A stretch of 62,476 nucleotides of DNA from a virus. Its lineage: Duplodnaviria; Caudoviricetes. A program made the translations under genes and the position numbers. Each line of letters begins with the position of its first letter. Position 1 is the stretch's first letter. This document shows positions 41,001 through 51,200 of this stretch, piece after piece. The DNA is taken from positions 1 through 62,476 of IMG/VR virus record IMGVR_UViG_3300017788_000023. The stretch is one strand, 5' to 3'. The notes under the pieces are model-generated. The model was given only the letters and a program-made list of their open reading frames with translations. It did no database searches and had not been told where the DNA came from.

Positions 41001-43410
41001 TAGCAATTCTTCTAGAATTGCCTTCTTCATCTAAGATGGTTTCTCCCGATTTAAATTCTCCTGATAATGTACGTAAAAATAAAGTATTTCCAGTTGAATA
41101 AAATCCACCAGCTATTCCTTCAACTACACCGTATGCGCCACTAGACAATCCAACAATATATTTTCCAAGTAAAAACGAAGTAGTATCTAAATCTTTATCA
41201 ACAATAATTTTTGTAAAGAAAATTGGATTAAAATACGAAAGATTAAAAATAGCATTATATGGTCCTGGATCCAAAACTGATGTTAGAATTGCTCCCGTAC
41301 CACCTCCACCAGAAACACTAACAACAGGAGCAGTAGTATATCCAGATCCAGAGTTTGTGACTTTAACAGATATAATTTTTCCACCACTGATTATAGCTGT
41401 AGCAGTAGCTGTAGTGCCACTAGAAGGCGCTGAGATGGTCACTGTTGGCACCGAGGTATACCCAGTACCCCCAGAATTAATAATGACTCTCTGTAACGAA
41501 GCAGGACCAGATCCTCTACCTTTTGATAAAACAATATCTGTATCGGGATTAAATCCAGAACCCTTTTCAACGAGCGTGAAATTTTTTGGTTTCGAAATAC
41601 CTATGATGGGAGTAATAGTTTCATTGTAATCAACTATCTGTCCATATGGCGCAGGTTGACTACTAGCATAATAAAAATCAGTCGCTAATGTTTTCGTGGA
41701 AAAAACAAATCGTATCTTTGAACCATTATCTTCATCGTAATCGGTTAAAAGATTTATATAAGATTTATTACCAATTACTGTATATTCAACATAATTTAAA
41801 TTTAAATCTGAACCAATTTCTGGTCTAGTTACAATGTTATAACCAAGGATATCTACAGATTCTACTGCTACTGTTGCAGCAGAATTTCCTTTCTGTACAA
41901 CAAAGAACAATTTGGTTCCTAAAATAGAATCGTTTGGAAACGTAGGATTATCGCCGCCCAATTTTAAATAAATTGTACGAATACCTTGGTCGGTAGTAAA
42001 TTTTAATCCTCTGCGATTAAATTTAGTAGCAATGTTATTGAATCCAATTTTTCCATCATTAAATACTGAATTGAAATAGATATCTGGATATCCATTCAAA
42101 TCTTCTCCTTCGGCATTTAATGGAATACTGTTATAGGTATTTGAAATATTAAATCCTGATAATCCAGATACTTTAATTTTATTATCTTCTTTCTTAAAAG
42201 TATCTCTAGCTTTGTCTACTACTTTATAAGTGATATCTTTTTTTAAGATTTCATATCCTTTTACATATGCTTTTCCTGGTCCAATACCAGCGACCATCAA
42301 ACCCTTAGCAGTCTCTTCTTCTACGCCCTGTACTAGATTTGTTTTTGGATCTAAAGCATATGATCCTCTATTATTATCTCTTAAATAATATTCTCTCAAA
42401 TCCATTGAGAAATCATCAACTACATAGTCTCCAGATTCATCGTATGTTCTTCGTGCTAACGTTTCTTCAATTAAATTATATGATTCTGCTTTAACTAGCT
42501 TTTGAACGCCGCCATTTTTAATTGTTACTAATTGTATGAACTCAGAAGATGTAGTTGCGTCATACTCATAAACATTCAATTTTAAATCTATCTTTAAACG
42601 ATGAGCACCTGGAGCGGAAAAATTTGAAAATCCTCTAGCATTATCATATAATGTTTTATCTTCTTCAGGTGTGATAATTTGTTCCTTTACTTCAAATCCA
42701 ACTTTTACTGATGGATTACTATAGTACTTATCAACAACAATAAGTTGTTTGGTATTATTTACAAAATAACCATTAATATAATAAACTCCTTCTTCTACTT
42801 GTACAGCAGAAGCATATCCCATCGCGGGACTATCTATAGTGGTAACCGTTTTTGTATCATAATCAATTACATCAATAGTTGCTGGAAGAATGCTACCATC
42901 CGTTCCAACAACTAATAATGGGCTATCAGCAATATCTAATACTTCTAACGTTTCGCCCTGCCTAAAGTTAACTTCTTCATTTGAATTACCGCTATTTGTA
43001 TACTTTACAAATAGTAAATCAGATTCTATTTCACTGCCATATGCATATGATACTACCGTAGCGGTTATTCCTGAAGAAAGTCCCGATAAAATAGTTCCTA
43101 CTAAATTTGATATATCGTATTTTTGAAATACAATATTGCCATTAACGTTTACTGCTACTTCAGATACCGAAGACAATTTTACATAATTTAATTTATTATT
43201 AAAAGAAACTTCACCAGGGACAACTTGTTGCCCCTGTTTATATTGACTTTTTCCAAAATTTTCAAGTTGATTTTGTAATACTGACTGAAGAGTAGTTAAC
43301 TCTCTACTTTGAATAGAATATCCAGGTCTGAAAAGAACTTTGTAATATCCCTTTGAAGCATTAAAGTCGTCATTATATGGCGTGGAATTAAGATTAATCT
43401 TCTGGGGCAT
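35041..43410 (-). CDS. VrlC-like (DUF4815-type) large structural protein
   Basis: PYNDDF...YKVLFRPGYSIQSRELTTLQS, APGAHRLKI, LARRTYDESGDY, RYTMRDIGKLEKR, RFKNGFIVDNF. Confidence 0.88.
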   Translation of the reverse strand: MPQKINLNSTPYNDDFNASKGYYKVLFRPGYSIQSRELTTLQSVLQNQLENFGKSQYKQGQQVVPGEVSFNNKLNYVKLSSVSEVAVNVNGNIVFQKYDISNLVGTILSGLSSGITATVVSYAYGSEIESDLLFVKYTNSGNSNEEVNFRQGETLEVLDIADSPLLVVGTDGSILPATIDVIDYDTKTVTTIDSPAMGYASAVQVEEGVYYINGYFVNNTKQLIVVDKYYSNPSVKVGFEVKEQIITPEEDKTLYDNARGFSNFSAPGAHRLKIDLKLNVYEYDATTSSEFIQLVTIKNGGVQKLVKAESYNLIEETLARRTYDESGDYVVDDFSMDLREYYLRDNNRGSYALDPKTNLVQGVEEETAKGLMVAGIGPGKAYVKGYEILKKDITYKVVDKARDTFKKEDNKIKVSGLSGFNISNTYNSIPLNAEGEDLNGYPDIYFNSVFNDGKIGFNNIATKFNRRGLKFTTDQGIRTIYLKLGGDNPTFPNDSILGTKLFFVVQKGNSAATVAVESVDILGYNIVTRPEIGSDLNLNYVEYTVIGNKSYINLLTDYDEDNGSKIRFVFSTKTLATDFYYASSQPAPYGQIVDYNETITPIIGISKPKNFTLVEKGSGFNPDTDIVLSKGRGSGPASLQRVIINSGGTGYTSVPTVTISAPSSGTTATATAIISGGKIISVKVTNSGSGYTTAPVVSVSGGGGTGAILTSVLDPGPYNAIFNLSYFNPIFFTKIIVDKDLDTTSFLLGKYIVGLSSGAYGVVEGIAGGFYSTGNTLFLRTLSGEFKSGETILDEEGNSRRIARENTISHFVVYNRGTGYTTTTSSGSSVISKVLINGVGYESAAIKLNLFGGTIYKVEVADRDLVSSTYNSTPSVTATVGSGASIFPVLYKNTVVTYGPTNVKSMFSQFGANDKYIFTADVESFNTSYLSNKTLTDFTFSGTKGYKFIECNGFSGDPSPDLVQGDIVQFVYNDNTVVRSTVQYVTKPEGLLKSRIYLDSALQKNVVNSNIIRLRAKVENSTSSSLIIPTGAKYVTSVSSTPENSKISYYLRRDFITKITSSGGNITFAAQLPYGTQRFVAFSENNFLITILDPDNQSNPNTTVSKGDILYLTQNQVIITNSSDSATGLTAGSVTVNLPTNFFGTINNFDNFKIKLTATIEVNKAKPRLKTSYENKRIVVFSPGDRVIPFRGVDYDTNASETISYSDVYKFKYVYEGTVSVAPVADSKGNLLAGTDITDRFTFDDGQRDTFYDVARLVLKPGYDAPTGQLLIGFDYFEHSQGDFCTIDSYLHEAGISEDEVPNFNSTVYGKVSLKDVIDFRAKVDSTCTIGGYQDTSILSSPPSFTRAGGITAGTIASDNNIEFSLSFDLVQYLDRIDGLFLNKNGDFVIKKGNPSLNPTKPTDLDNAIPLYYYYLPAFTASANDVNIIPVDNKRYTMRDIGKLEKRVERLEKYTLLSMLEQQALNMQVKNEIGLDRFKNGFIVDNFESHNIGNLISPDYKCAIDTQQSVLRPRSFESSFKLKEINTRKEERELDGYTISNGVVTLQYNSIPYIGSSFATKTININPFVVVQYVGGVKLDPPVDQWYNQEQFPAILNNDSKVFSVFYAKDSTREGLASIYNNYSINWVGTNRTFFNTSPLNDINFSSSSSIVSASVASSSNVSPQNNELAQGVSTTNVGGNNIISNIKFFCETQLVKFVLTGMKPKTKLFGFIDGKFINRWIAQDFRFTGVAGNSISTFESGITTDENGNASGIILIPAGLPPVSGSSVPSDIKNIAYDSEGDELYFITGSKTIKFTSDSEGSTDADVDTFASIVYHVAGSLPANPSSITSTIPALQKSDEGIQLIDGAKIKPNPLSQTFKIENSPGGIFLTGINLYFAKKSSTIPVRVYLTNTESSKPGKYIVPGTEKSLLPDTYLRVFTNGSLKINKGELATGANSKASGPVKTVLDKNKIELIPSITGEFTLSNDQIYTIVLSNNNGKVFVEEDLLFDSLSLFNAKSTTISTALKVTIAKDSGRLSGLEVLNVGSGYETATLTVESPQLVGGITAAAGVYVSNGNVYDAEVTISGSEYTSAPSIIINGTGSAPAGAAIKSFITIDTPAVRMGVAVDTETEQSTIPTFFKFDHPIYLQNDSEYAFAVESDSTDYEIWSSKLGENEKVTNAAVTTQPLIGSVFKSQNVDTWTEDLFEDIKFTLFRAEFDTSRAGVLNLKNEALGYEVLDANPFQADSSSDGTATSNLFRNNNKIVKVNHLNNGFEDSGKSYVAFKSINNFGGISAELVVDKLFTVINSGLEFYNINTNIRATSNELGGGTTVLASYNRKFEKLYAQVGILSLPSTKVEAFVKTTNIVPVDSTSTVYSSYSQSPFEKTFLNQEHIFNNQKVLASRINELKNSTVIGESLLYKLELKSDKSYLSPVVDLRTSSIKLIHNQVEKSYGTESRFGRKDQIIKLYPVYKVIYSGTGLGPISESNILGSTTNVKTVTGYSSKAKGVVVKVEKSTTTLYLKMLTDTIFEANETLLFDDISGLDQFPTNIFSTPNGVTEVPFTFEKNSIITAFDKSDLTKKYTNVISGTVVLWDDRKKELRIANNKNPINNNESALATVSPYARVAFVGNTSAQVPDVFRVGDLLSYDNLASSERAFAEIKSITYSTGAIYVPEIASKNSSSIAKYVTKEISLENPSTCIDVRLTANIFEQDDIKVFYKYKLASSQYNFDDLDWNYFNEDGNPDIIVTPSSDNVVSGYLENQSSYKEYKFSVRDLSDFSSFAVKIVLRSSQPVFVPKIQDVRIVASF

Positions 43411-43462
43411 TGTAACACATTCTGATAGTATTTTTTGTCTTAAAAAACGTATCTAATTCTAA

Positions 43463-45235
43463 TCAGAATTCGATAACTAGTTTGATATCTTCAATTTGAT
43501 CAGGAGCTCTTGTGATGAGTCTTCTGTTTTCAATATAAATCAACTGTCCAGAATTAAAACTAACTTCTGGATTTGCTAGTCCACCGTTTGCTGGGTTCGT
43601 TGGATCTACACCTACAGAAAAAGTAGAACCTAATAGTGCTCCAGAGAAGGCAATTTGAACCGTTCCTGAAATTCCTGAACTAGATCCAACAATTGGGTTT
43701 GATGCTGTTGCCTTAAATGGAACTACTACACCATTGTGTGTATGTAATTCTGGAACTTGAATGTACTTTAGAGTACCAGCAGTTGTGCTGCCAGTATCTA
43801 ATGTCCATGAAACAACTTTTCCTTTGGAAACTACACCGCTAATTGTTTGAGTAATTTCTTCGTCAGCAATATAATTGCCAGTGGTAGAAGTAAGTTTTAC
43901 GGCATAAAGAGCGGTTCCAGTATCACTTGAGAAAAAGCTTGAAGAACCAAATACAAGAGGATCTTGAAGAATACCAATTCTTCTGAAATCATTATCTACT
44001 GGGAAATCTCCAGAACCTTCAGCATATGTTAGACGAATATTCGTCATAATACGCTTAGAGTTAAGTTCTACAACTGGATCTGCTCCATATCCACCCTGTG
44101 GAGGAATTACAACTTCAATAGCTCCCTTCGCAGTTGCTCCTACTGTTGCTGCAGTAGTTAAAGCTGCTGATGTATATAAGAAACCATCTGCTAGAATGAC
44201 ATTAGCATAAGTGTATCCAGTACCAGAAGCATTTACTGATACTGCAGTGATAGCACCGCTAGCATTTGTGGTAATTTCTACTTTACCGCCAGTACCATCT
44301 CCAAGAATTGCTGCGTATAAAGTAGCACTAGTTGGAAGGTTTGCCCCAGGGTCTCTAAGAATTACTGCCTTGATTGCTCCATCTACAGCTCCAGATTGAA
44401 CGCCAGAATCTAGCACAACTGGCATGAAATCTGAAGATAAGAATTTAATTACATCATCTGTTGGGATGGTGTACATATATTTCCAAACATAATCTCCAGA
44501 TGGTTCTGTGTAATAACCGTTCGCATATGTTCCCTCCCCAGAAACAGGGTTTGTTGAAGGAACATAAGTGGAATTAACACCTGATAAATTTGTAGAACTT
44601 GTACCATTAAAGATACAAGTAAAAACTTCATATGAAGTGGTGTTTAAAACGGCATACTTAGCATCTGTTGATGATAGTGAAGATTGTGCAGTAGCAGTTT
44701 GATTTTGTGAATTATAATCTGGTCTCCACATATCATACTTAATACCAGTTACCCAATTTACACGACGAATAACGTGTCTTGCGTTTGCTGCGTTAATTCT
44801 CTTATATGCGATCATTTCGTCATATAAGTCAAACTTTTCTTGTTGATTATCAAAATCTGCTAGTGCAGCAGGAATTTCTTCCGTAGCGAAACGATAAGTA
44901 CCAGCCTTAGCGGTAGCAGTTGACGTTCCACCAGTTACTGTGGCACCTGCTGCGATTGTAGCAGTTGGGGCAACTCCAGTCAATAGTAGAGCAGTGGGGG
45001 TTACTTCAGATACTGTGCCAGTAAAACCACCAGCAGCTGTAACAGTTTCGCCAACTGTAAAATTAGTTGAACTTACACCATAAATTTCTAGATATGTTTT
45101 CCATGGATTGGGTCTTCCAACAAAGAAGTACATTCTTGAACGATTTGCGTCAGAATCGCCCGTACCTTCTGAAAGAGACTCCAGAAATTGTTTTGCATTG
45201 AAAATTCTGAACTTTTCAGAAATGATAGCGGCCAT
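43463..45235 (-). CDS. gp8: Baseplate wedge subunit
   Basis: MAAIISEKFRIFNAKQF, YVWKYMYTI, NDFRRIGI, IENRRLITRAPDQIEDIKLVIEF. Confidence 0.92.
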   Translation of the reverse strand: MAAIISEKFRIFNAKQFLESLSEGTGDSDANRSRMYFFVGRPNPWKTYLEIYGVSSTNFTVGETVTAAGGFTGTVSEVTPTALLLTGVAPTATIAAGATVTGGTSTATAKAGTYRFATEEIPAALADFDNQQEKFDLYDEMIAYKRINAANARHVIRRVNWVTGIKYDMWRPDYNSQNQTATAQSSLSSTDAKYAVLNTTSYEVFTCIFNGTSSTNLSGVNSTYVPSTNPVSGEGTYANGYYTEPSGDYVWKYMYTIPTDDVIKFLSSDFMPVVLDSGVQSGAVDGAIKAVILRDPGANLPTSATLYAAILGDGTGGKVEITTNASGAITAVSVNASGTGYTYANVILADGFLYTSAALTTAATVGATAKGAIEVVIPPQGGYGADPVVELNSKRIMTNIRLTYAEGSGDFPVDNDFRRIGILQDPLVFGSSSFFSSDTGTALYAVKLTSTTGNYIADEEITQTISGVVSKGKVVSWTLDTGSTTAGTLKYIQVPELHTHNGVVVPFKATASNPIVGSSSGISGTVQIAFSGALLGSTFSVGVDPTNPANGGLANPEVSFNSGQLIYIENRRLITRAPDQIEDIKLVIEF

Positions 45236-45266
45236 TTACTAAACTCCGTTGTTAACTTAGATAATT

Positions 45267-45280
45267 TATTTATATTTATA
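45267..45280 (-). promoter_or_regulatory. Two overlapping late promoters TATAAATA for gp8
   Basis: Consensus at 45267-45274 and 45273-45280; GGAG RBS. Confidence 0.75.
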
Positions 45281-45290
45281 CGACTAGTTA

Positions 45291-48200
45291 CTAGTTCGTA
45301 GTTCTTAGGTAATCTCCAATAGAATGAGTCTCTACGACACCATTTACTGACCTAATTACACCCATTAATGTTAATCCAGTTTTACCTGTATATGATATAA
45401 CTTCTTTTCCTATTCTAATGTAACCACTAGATGGGAATTTAGATAATGCTGTCAATAAACCGTCTACAGTTTGTACAGTAAGCGTTGTACTTGTAGTGGT
45501 CATATCTGTATTTAATATAGCTCCAGATTCAGATATTGATGGATATCCAGCATTATAATAAACTCCAGTTGAAAGATATGAAGTAAAATTACTTAAACTA
45601 TTTTGTTCAAAATTAGATAAAATTAGCGGACCATACTCAAGTTCGAGTTGTTGTATTGTTACTCCTCCATAAGGAACAGTACCAGTATCCATAAATTTCC
45701 ATGACTCAATAGTAGATTTCCTATTTCCAGCATTTCCGATAGTGTAGCTATCATAGTCAGTGTTGTACCCAATAGATGAATTTGTTACAAGGATAGTAGT
45801 ACCTCCATTTAAAGTAATAGTGTTTATTGGGGGATCTAACACTACAAAAGTTCCTGCTCTAGTAAGAACAAGACCATCCAACACTACATTTTCAATATAG
45901 AAATCTATTATTCCTGTCTTATAGAATTTTTCTACAGCAACTATTGTCTTAGCAACTGTTGATTCGATTATGTTTGTATGTGTTACAGTAGAAATAATCT
46001 CATTTGTAATCCCAGTAATTGTACCTAAATCAACTATTTTTTGTATATAAGATTCAACTACGCGAATATTTAAAACATTAATTACCGAATTACTATTAAT
46101 ACTGGTGTTAGTAGTAAGAGTAATTTCATCACCAATCGAAACAATATTTGGATTAGTTATTTGTTGAGTAACCGAAATAATATCAGCAACAGATCCTGAT
46201 TGTAGTGAAACTGTACTAAAACTAACTTGATCTCTAGTAATAGCAAGTTCTGTAGAAACATTAATTACTGAATTAGTGAAGATCTTATCTTGAATTACTA
46301 AAGTAATTTGATCACCAACCAAAACAATATTTGGATTAATTATTTTTTGAGTAACTGAAATAATATCAGCAACAGATCCTGATTGTAGTGAAACTGTACC
46401 AAGACTAAATTGAGAACTAGAAACAACAATTGCTGTAGAAACATTAATTACTGAATTAGTAGAGATCTTATCTTGAGTTATTAAAGTAATTTCATCACCA
46501 ATCGAGACAACATTTGGATTAGTTGTTTTCTGTACCGTAGTAATAATGTTAGCAACTGATGCAGAACCAGTTTGTATAGATCCTACAGAAATTATCTCAG
46601 ATGTTGCTCCTGCTCCAGCAAGACCAGCAGAAACAATAGTAACGTTTTCTCTGTATTGCCTTACGAAAGATCCTGCATCGTGAGTGCTAGGACTGGTTCC
46701 GTCAACACCTCTAAGCGCACCAATAAAACGATCAGATAGTTTACTATTATATCTGATAATTTCGCCACCAATCATTAATCTACCAGAAACAGTAAATTTA
46801 CTAGTATCTGCTATGTAAATAATCGAGTCAGTTTTTGACAATGGTGATTGTAAATAAGCACCAGTATCATATAAAGCAGGATAGACTGGACTTTGAATTA
46901 GTTTTAAGAAACTTCTTGCGCTAATCAGAATCTCTCTTAAAGAATCTAGTATGGTTACTGTAGATTCTTGTTCAACTTTCTCTATTCCTGATTCGATAGA
47001 TCCAGAAATAAAAGACAATCCAGATAGAGAAGTAATTTTAACTGGTCCAAGTTCTAGATAAATCTGGATATCTGCTTTTGGTTGTTTAGCAGGTATTGTT
47101 ACTTTATCTGATAATAGTATAGTGGCAGTAATGAAAATATCACGTTTGGCAATAGTAACTGGAGCAAATCTTTCGATATAAACAATAGGTGGTTCTGCGT
47201 CTGTACTAAACGAAGCTCCTGATGTAATAACTAATCGATTTGATAAAACTAATGGAGTAAAGAAATTAGTAATAATTCTGTGATGGGAATTTTTCTTTGA
47301 TTTCTTAACATAGTATCCTCTAGTGATATACACTTTAGGAGGAGTTTCATATCCACTACCACCATCAGTCAGTACAACATCAATTGGTTCTCCGTTGTGA
47401 ACCACAACATAACCACTAGCACCACCGCCAGCCGCTGGAGATATAATACTACCACCCTCATCTTTTAATGCTTGTGGAACAAAATTTAATCTAGGAGCAT
47501 CTTCGTAACTATATCCAGCTGGTCTTGGTAAAATTCCTTTAGATTCGTATTTGCCATAATCTTTTTGATTCCATATCAGCGAAATAACTTGTCCGTATGT
47601 TGGAGAAGTGATGTTAGTATCAATATTACAAACGATATCTAATCCTTCTCCTAACTGAATGCCATTATAATTTGTGGTTGATATTTTACCAAGATATCCT
47701 GTAGTTACATCTGCTGTTTCTCTATACTCTGTTTTAATTACTTCAGAAGGTATAGATAAAATAGTTCTATATTCATCTTCGCCATCAACTTTAATTTGAT
47801 CATCTGGAGAAAGAGCATTCCAATAATTTGGTTCTCTAGACGAACCAATTAACCACCCAGTAGTAGTTTTTCTTAGAATATCTAAAGTTTCCTCAGTTTC
47901 TTCAAAATATGCAGTTCCGCCAGTAACTGATAGTGCTTGACCTATTGCGTTAATAGATGCCAATGGAATAATTACATCTCCACTTCCATCTACTTTACCG
48001 TCAATACAAGTAATGTTTTTTGTTTTAACAAATTTTTTGTTCTGTGTTTCTAACGTAAGTGTTGTAGTAATATAAACAATGGTAGCTGTTGTAGAAACAG
48101 TAGTAGATGTAGAGGAAGTAGGTTGAGGAGCAAAAGGAACTTGATATTTAAAAGAATCTAGTGTCAAATCAAATGGCAGTATAAAACCAACAGACGTATT

Positions 48201-51200
48201 AAATTCATCAATAGGAGAACCAAATACTCTAATTTCTTGCCCAGCACGTAATCCATGTGGAGAAGATGTAGTTACTGTAACAGTTGTACCACTTGAAGTA
48301 ATTGAGGAAACATTTAATGGAGTTTCTTTTTTGTCATATTTTTTAATTGTCCCATCAGCAGTATTTGTTTCATAATTATTTCCTTGAAAACAGAGGATAT
48401 TTGTAAATTGTACTAATTCGGGATTATAATTTACTTCAATTTCAATTCTATTCAAATAATCATTATGATCAAAATCAAACATTGTTATAAATTTAACACT
48501 ATCTCTACCATATAGGTACACAATATTAATTTTTTGACCAACTCTAAGTGGTTCTATAAAGGAAATATTAGATCCTCTAATAGTATATGATTTTAATCTT
48601 TTTTGTAATACTTCTTCAACAAATACTAATACATTTCTATCGTCGTCTACGGAAACAGTCTTCCCTGTTGTTGCTGATCTTAGCGTAAATGGACCCGTAA
48701 ATTCGTTATCTACATATTGCTCGTCAATTTTTAGTCTTTCATACGCACCAACATTGTGAGCAAAGAATGATTGGTCGGATTTATTGAATATTTGATTTGC
48801 TGAAGTTTGTTCAAATTTTCTAGGAGCTTCTAGGAATACAATTTCATTAGGTGTGGTTGTTCTTTTAATATAATATGCTCTATCCTTTGGTAATAATGGA
48901 GTTGTTCCAGATCTTTGAATAACGCCATCTATAGATACAATTAAATTGTCGCTACTTGGTAACGACTGTACTGGGGTGTTATCTTCATAATACAATTGGA
49001 ATGAGGTTTTTACGTTGTCAAATTGTGATGATATATCTTTAATCTTTTTAAAGTTTTGAGTATTTAAAAGAGAATCTTTGAATTGAATTGATCTGCCAAT
49101 AAAATCTTGAGCTGGTGTGTCTACTCCCGTAACATATGATCTGAAATTATAGTCAACAAAATATGAATTTGTATTAACACTATATCCATCAACAAGAATA
49201 CTAGAATTAAATGGAGATATTCCATTTAAAATATTACCATTGTAAACAGACGAAAGAACTGGTAATAATTTTCCTACTGGTTCAGCAGTTACATATCTAT
49301 TACCAATAATTACCGTTCCAACAACAGCGGAAGAAATAGTGCCAGAAATTGTGATAGTATTATTTGAAAGGTTTATTCCTTGAAGACCAGACCCGTCTGG
49401 AATTCCATTACCACTAATAGCTAAACCAGCACTGTTATTATTCAATCCAGTGGTATTTGATAATACAACTGTAGCTGTATTGTTACCAATATTATTGACA
49501 AAAGAAACTACATTGTAAAATCCTCCCTGAACTCCTTTATCAACTATTTTATATTTTCCAGATAATTCAGTGGCAATAACACCTGGAGTTTTAAATAATG
49601 AAAATTGTCTAGTTGAAGTGGTTGTGGTAAATTCTTGCCCCACAACAAAATATGACAAGTCTAATTGACCTATTACAGCATTAAATCTTATTTTGTAGAA
49701 AGAAACAGGATTTATTGCGGTTAATGAATCATTTCCATAAGAACCAGTAGAAAATCTTTTACCTAGTGGTGCCTCACTAAATGTAATAGTTGAACCAGAT
49801 ACCGTATATGTTGTTTGGGGTTCTTGAATAATACCGTCTAAAGAAATAAACAGATTATTTACATTAGAAACATTTAATAGTGAATTAGACCCTTTTATTT
49901 TCATATTGAATGATTTTGTTCCTGCTCTATTTCCACTCTCATCAATATATCCATTAAATACTGGATCTAAGTAAAATTCATATGAAATAGTTTCAGAAGT
50001 ATCAAATGGAGCAATATAAGCAGAACCTTTACCGCGAACTTCGTTAACATCTTTTACTTTAACGGTAGTAGTTGTAATTAATCTTCGTGTACTTTCTACA
50101 GTAACTCTATTTTTTTGAGGATCCCACAGTTGTACAAAACTTACTTTTTCTTGAGTTACTGGGTCTGGTTTAAATTCAGCTGATGCTTTAGTGTTTATTT
50201 CTACTTCACCAAATACTTTAAATCCAGCTGGGTGTGTAGTTTTAACAATTAAATTACGCCAAACATCAATTGGTGTTTTTGATTTAATAGCGTAAGAATA
50301 ATCCTGATAGAAATACGAGTCAGCAATTTTTTGAGATTCTGATCCAATATTTGACCTATCTGAAGCATACTTTCCTAAATTGTCATAATATGATTTAATT
50401 TTAGGTGAAAAAATAGTAGCAAATATTTTTATAATAGTTGCTGTTTTATTTTGTGATTTTCCTATAATTGGCAAATCTAATCTAAAAATTCCTTCAATGG
50501 ATTGTAAACGTAAAATATTACTACCAATTTTCCATCCCTCTTTGGCAACTTTTCCTTTTGCGATTAAAATATTGCCATCATATTGAACTATTTCTTCGTC
50601 ATCAAGAAATGCGTTAGGTACAAAATTTTTAAGTGTTAAAATTTGTACAGAAGAATATTTTTTTGAAATTGATTGGTCTCTATTAAAATTATAACCATTA
50701 CTTATAATTTTAACACTTTTTGGTGCCCCTATAGTTTTGCTTGAAAAATATGCAGTCAAATCAGTTTCTACAATTTTAATTTCTGGTTGGTATGAATAAT
50801 TTTTACCTTTATTTGTTACTAAAATTGCCGTTATTTCCCCAAGGGAATTTTTAATTACTGAAAATTCAGCTAAAGAACCATCACCACTAATTAAAACTGC
50901 TTTTGGTTTAGAATAATTTCTTCCAGGAAAAATAACTGATACAGAATCAATAGTTTTTGTTGTAGAGTTCCATATAGGTTTACAAATAGATTCTAAAGAC
51001 ACTGAAGGACGAACACCAGTTACAACTGGGATTTTTTTAAATTCTTTACCTGGATTTGATATTGAAAATGAATTAATATTACCAATAGCTGAAGAAGATG
51101 TAGTAGTATACGAAATAGTTCCCGAACCATCATATAACGAAATATCTTGTAATTCGTAAACAAATTTTGTTGGGGTAACGTAAGTAATTGTTTTTGTTCC

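Noticed and set aside
46076-46580. DGR template/variable repeat or CRISPR array
   Set aside because: In-frame tandem coding repeat; differences not adenine-specific; no reverse transcriptase or spacers.
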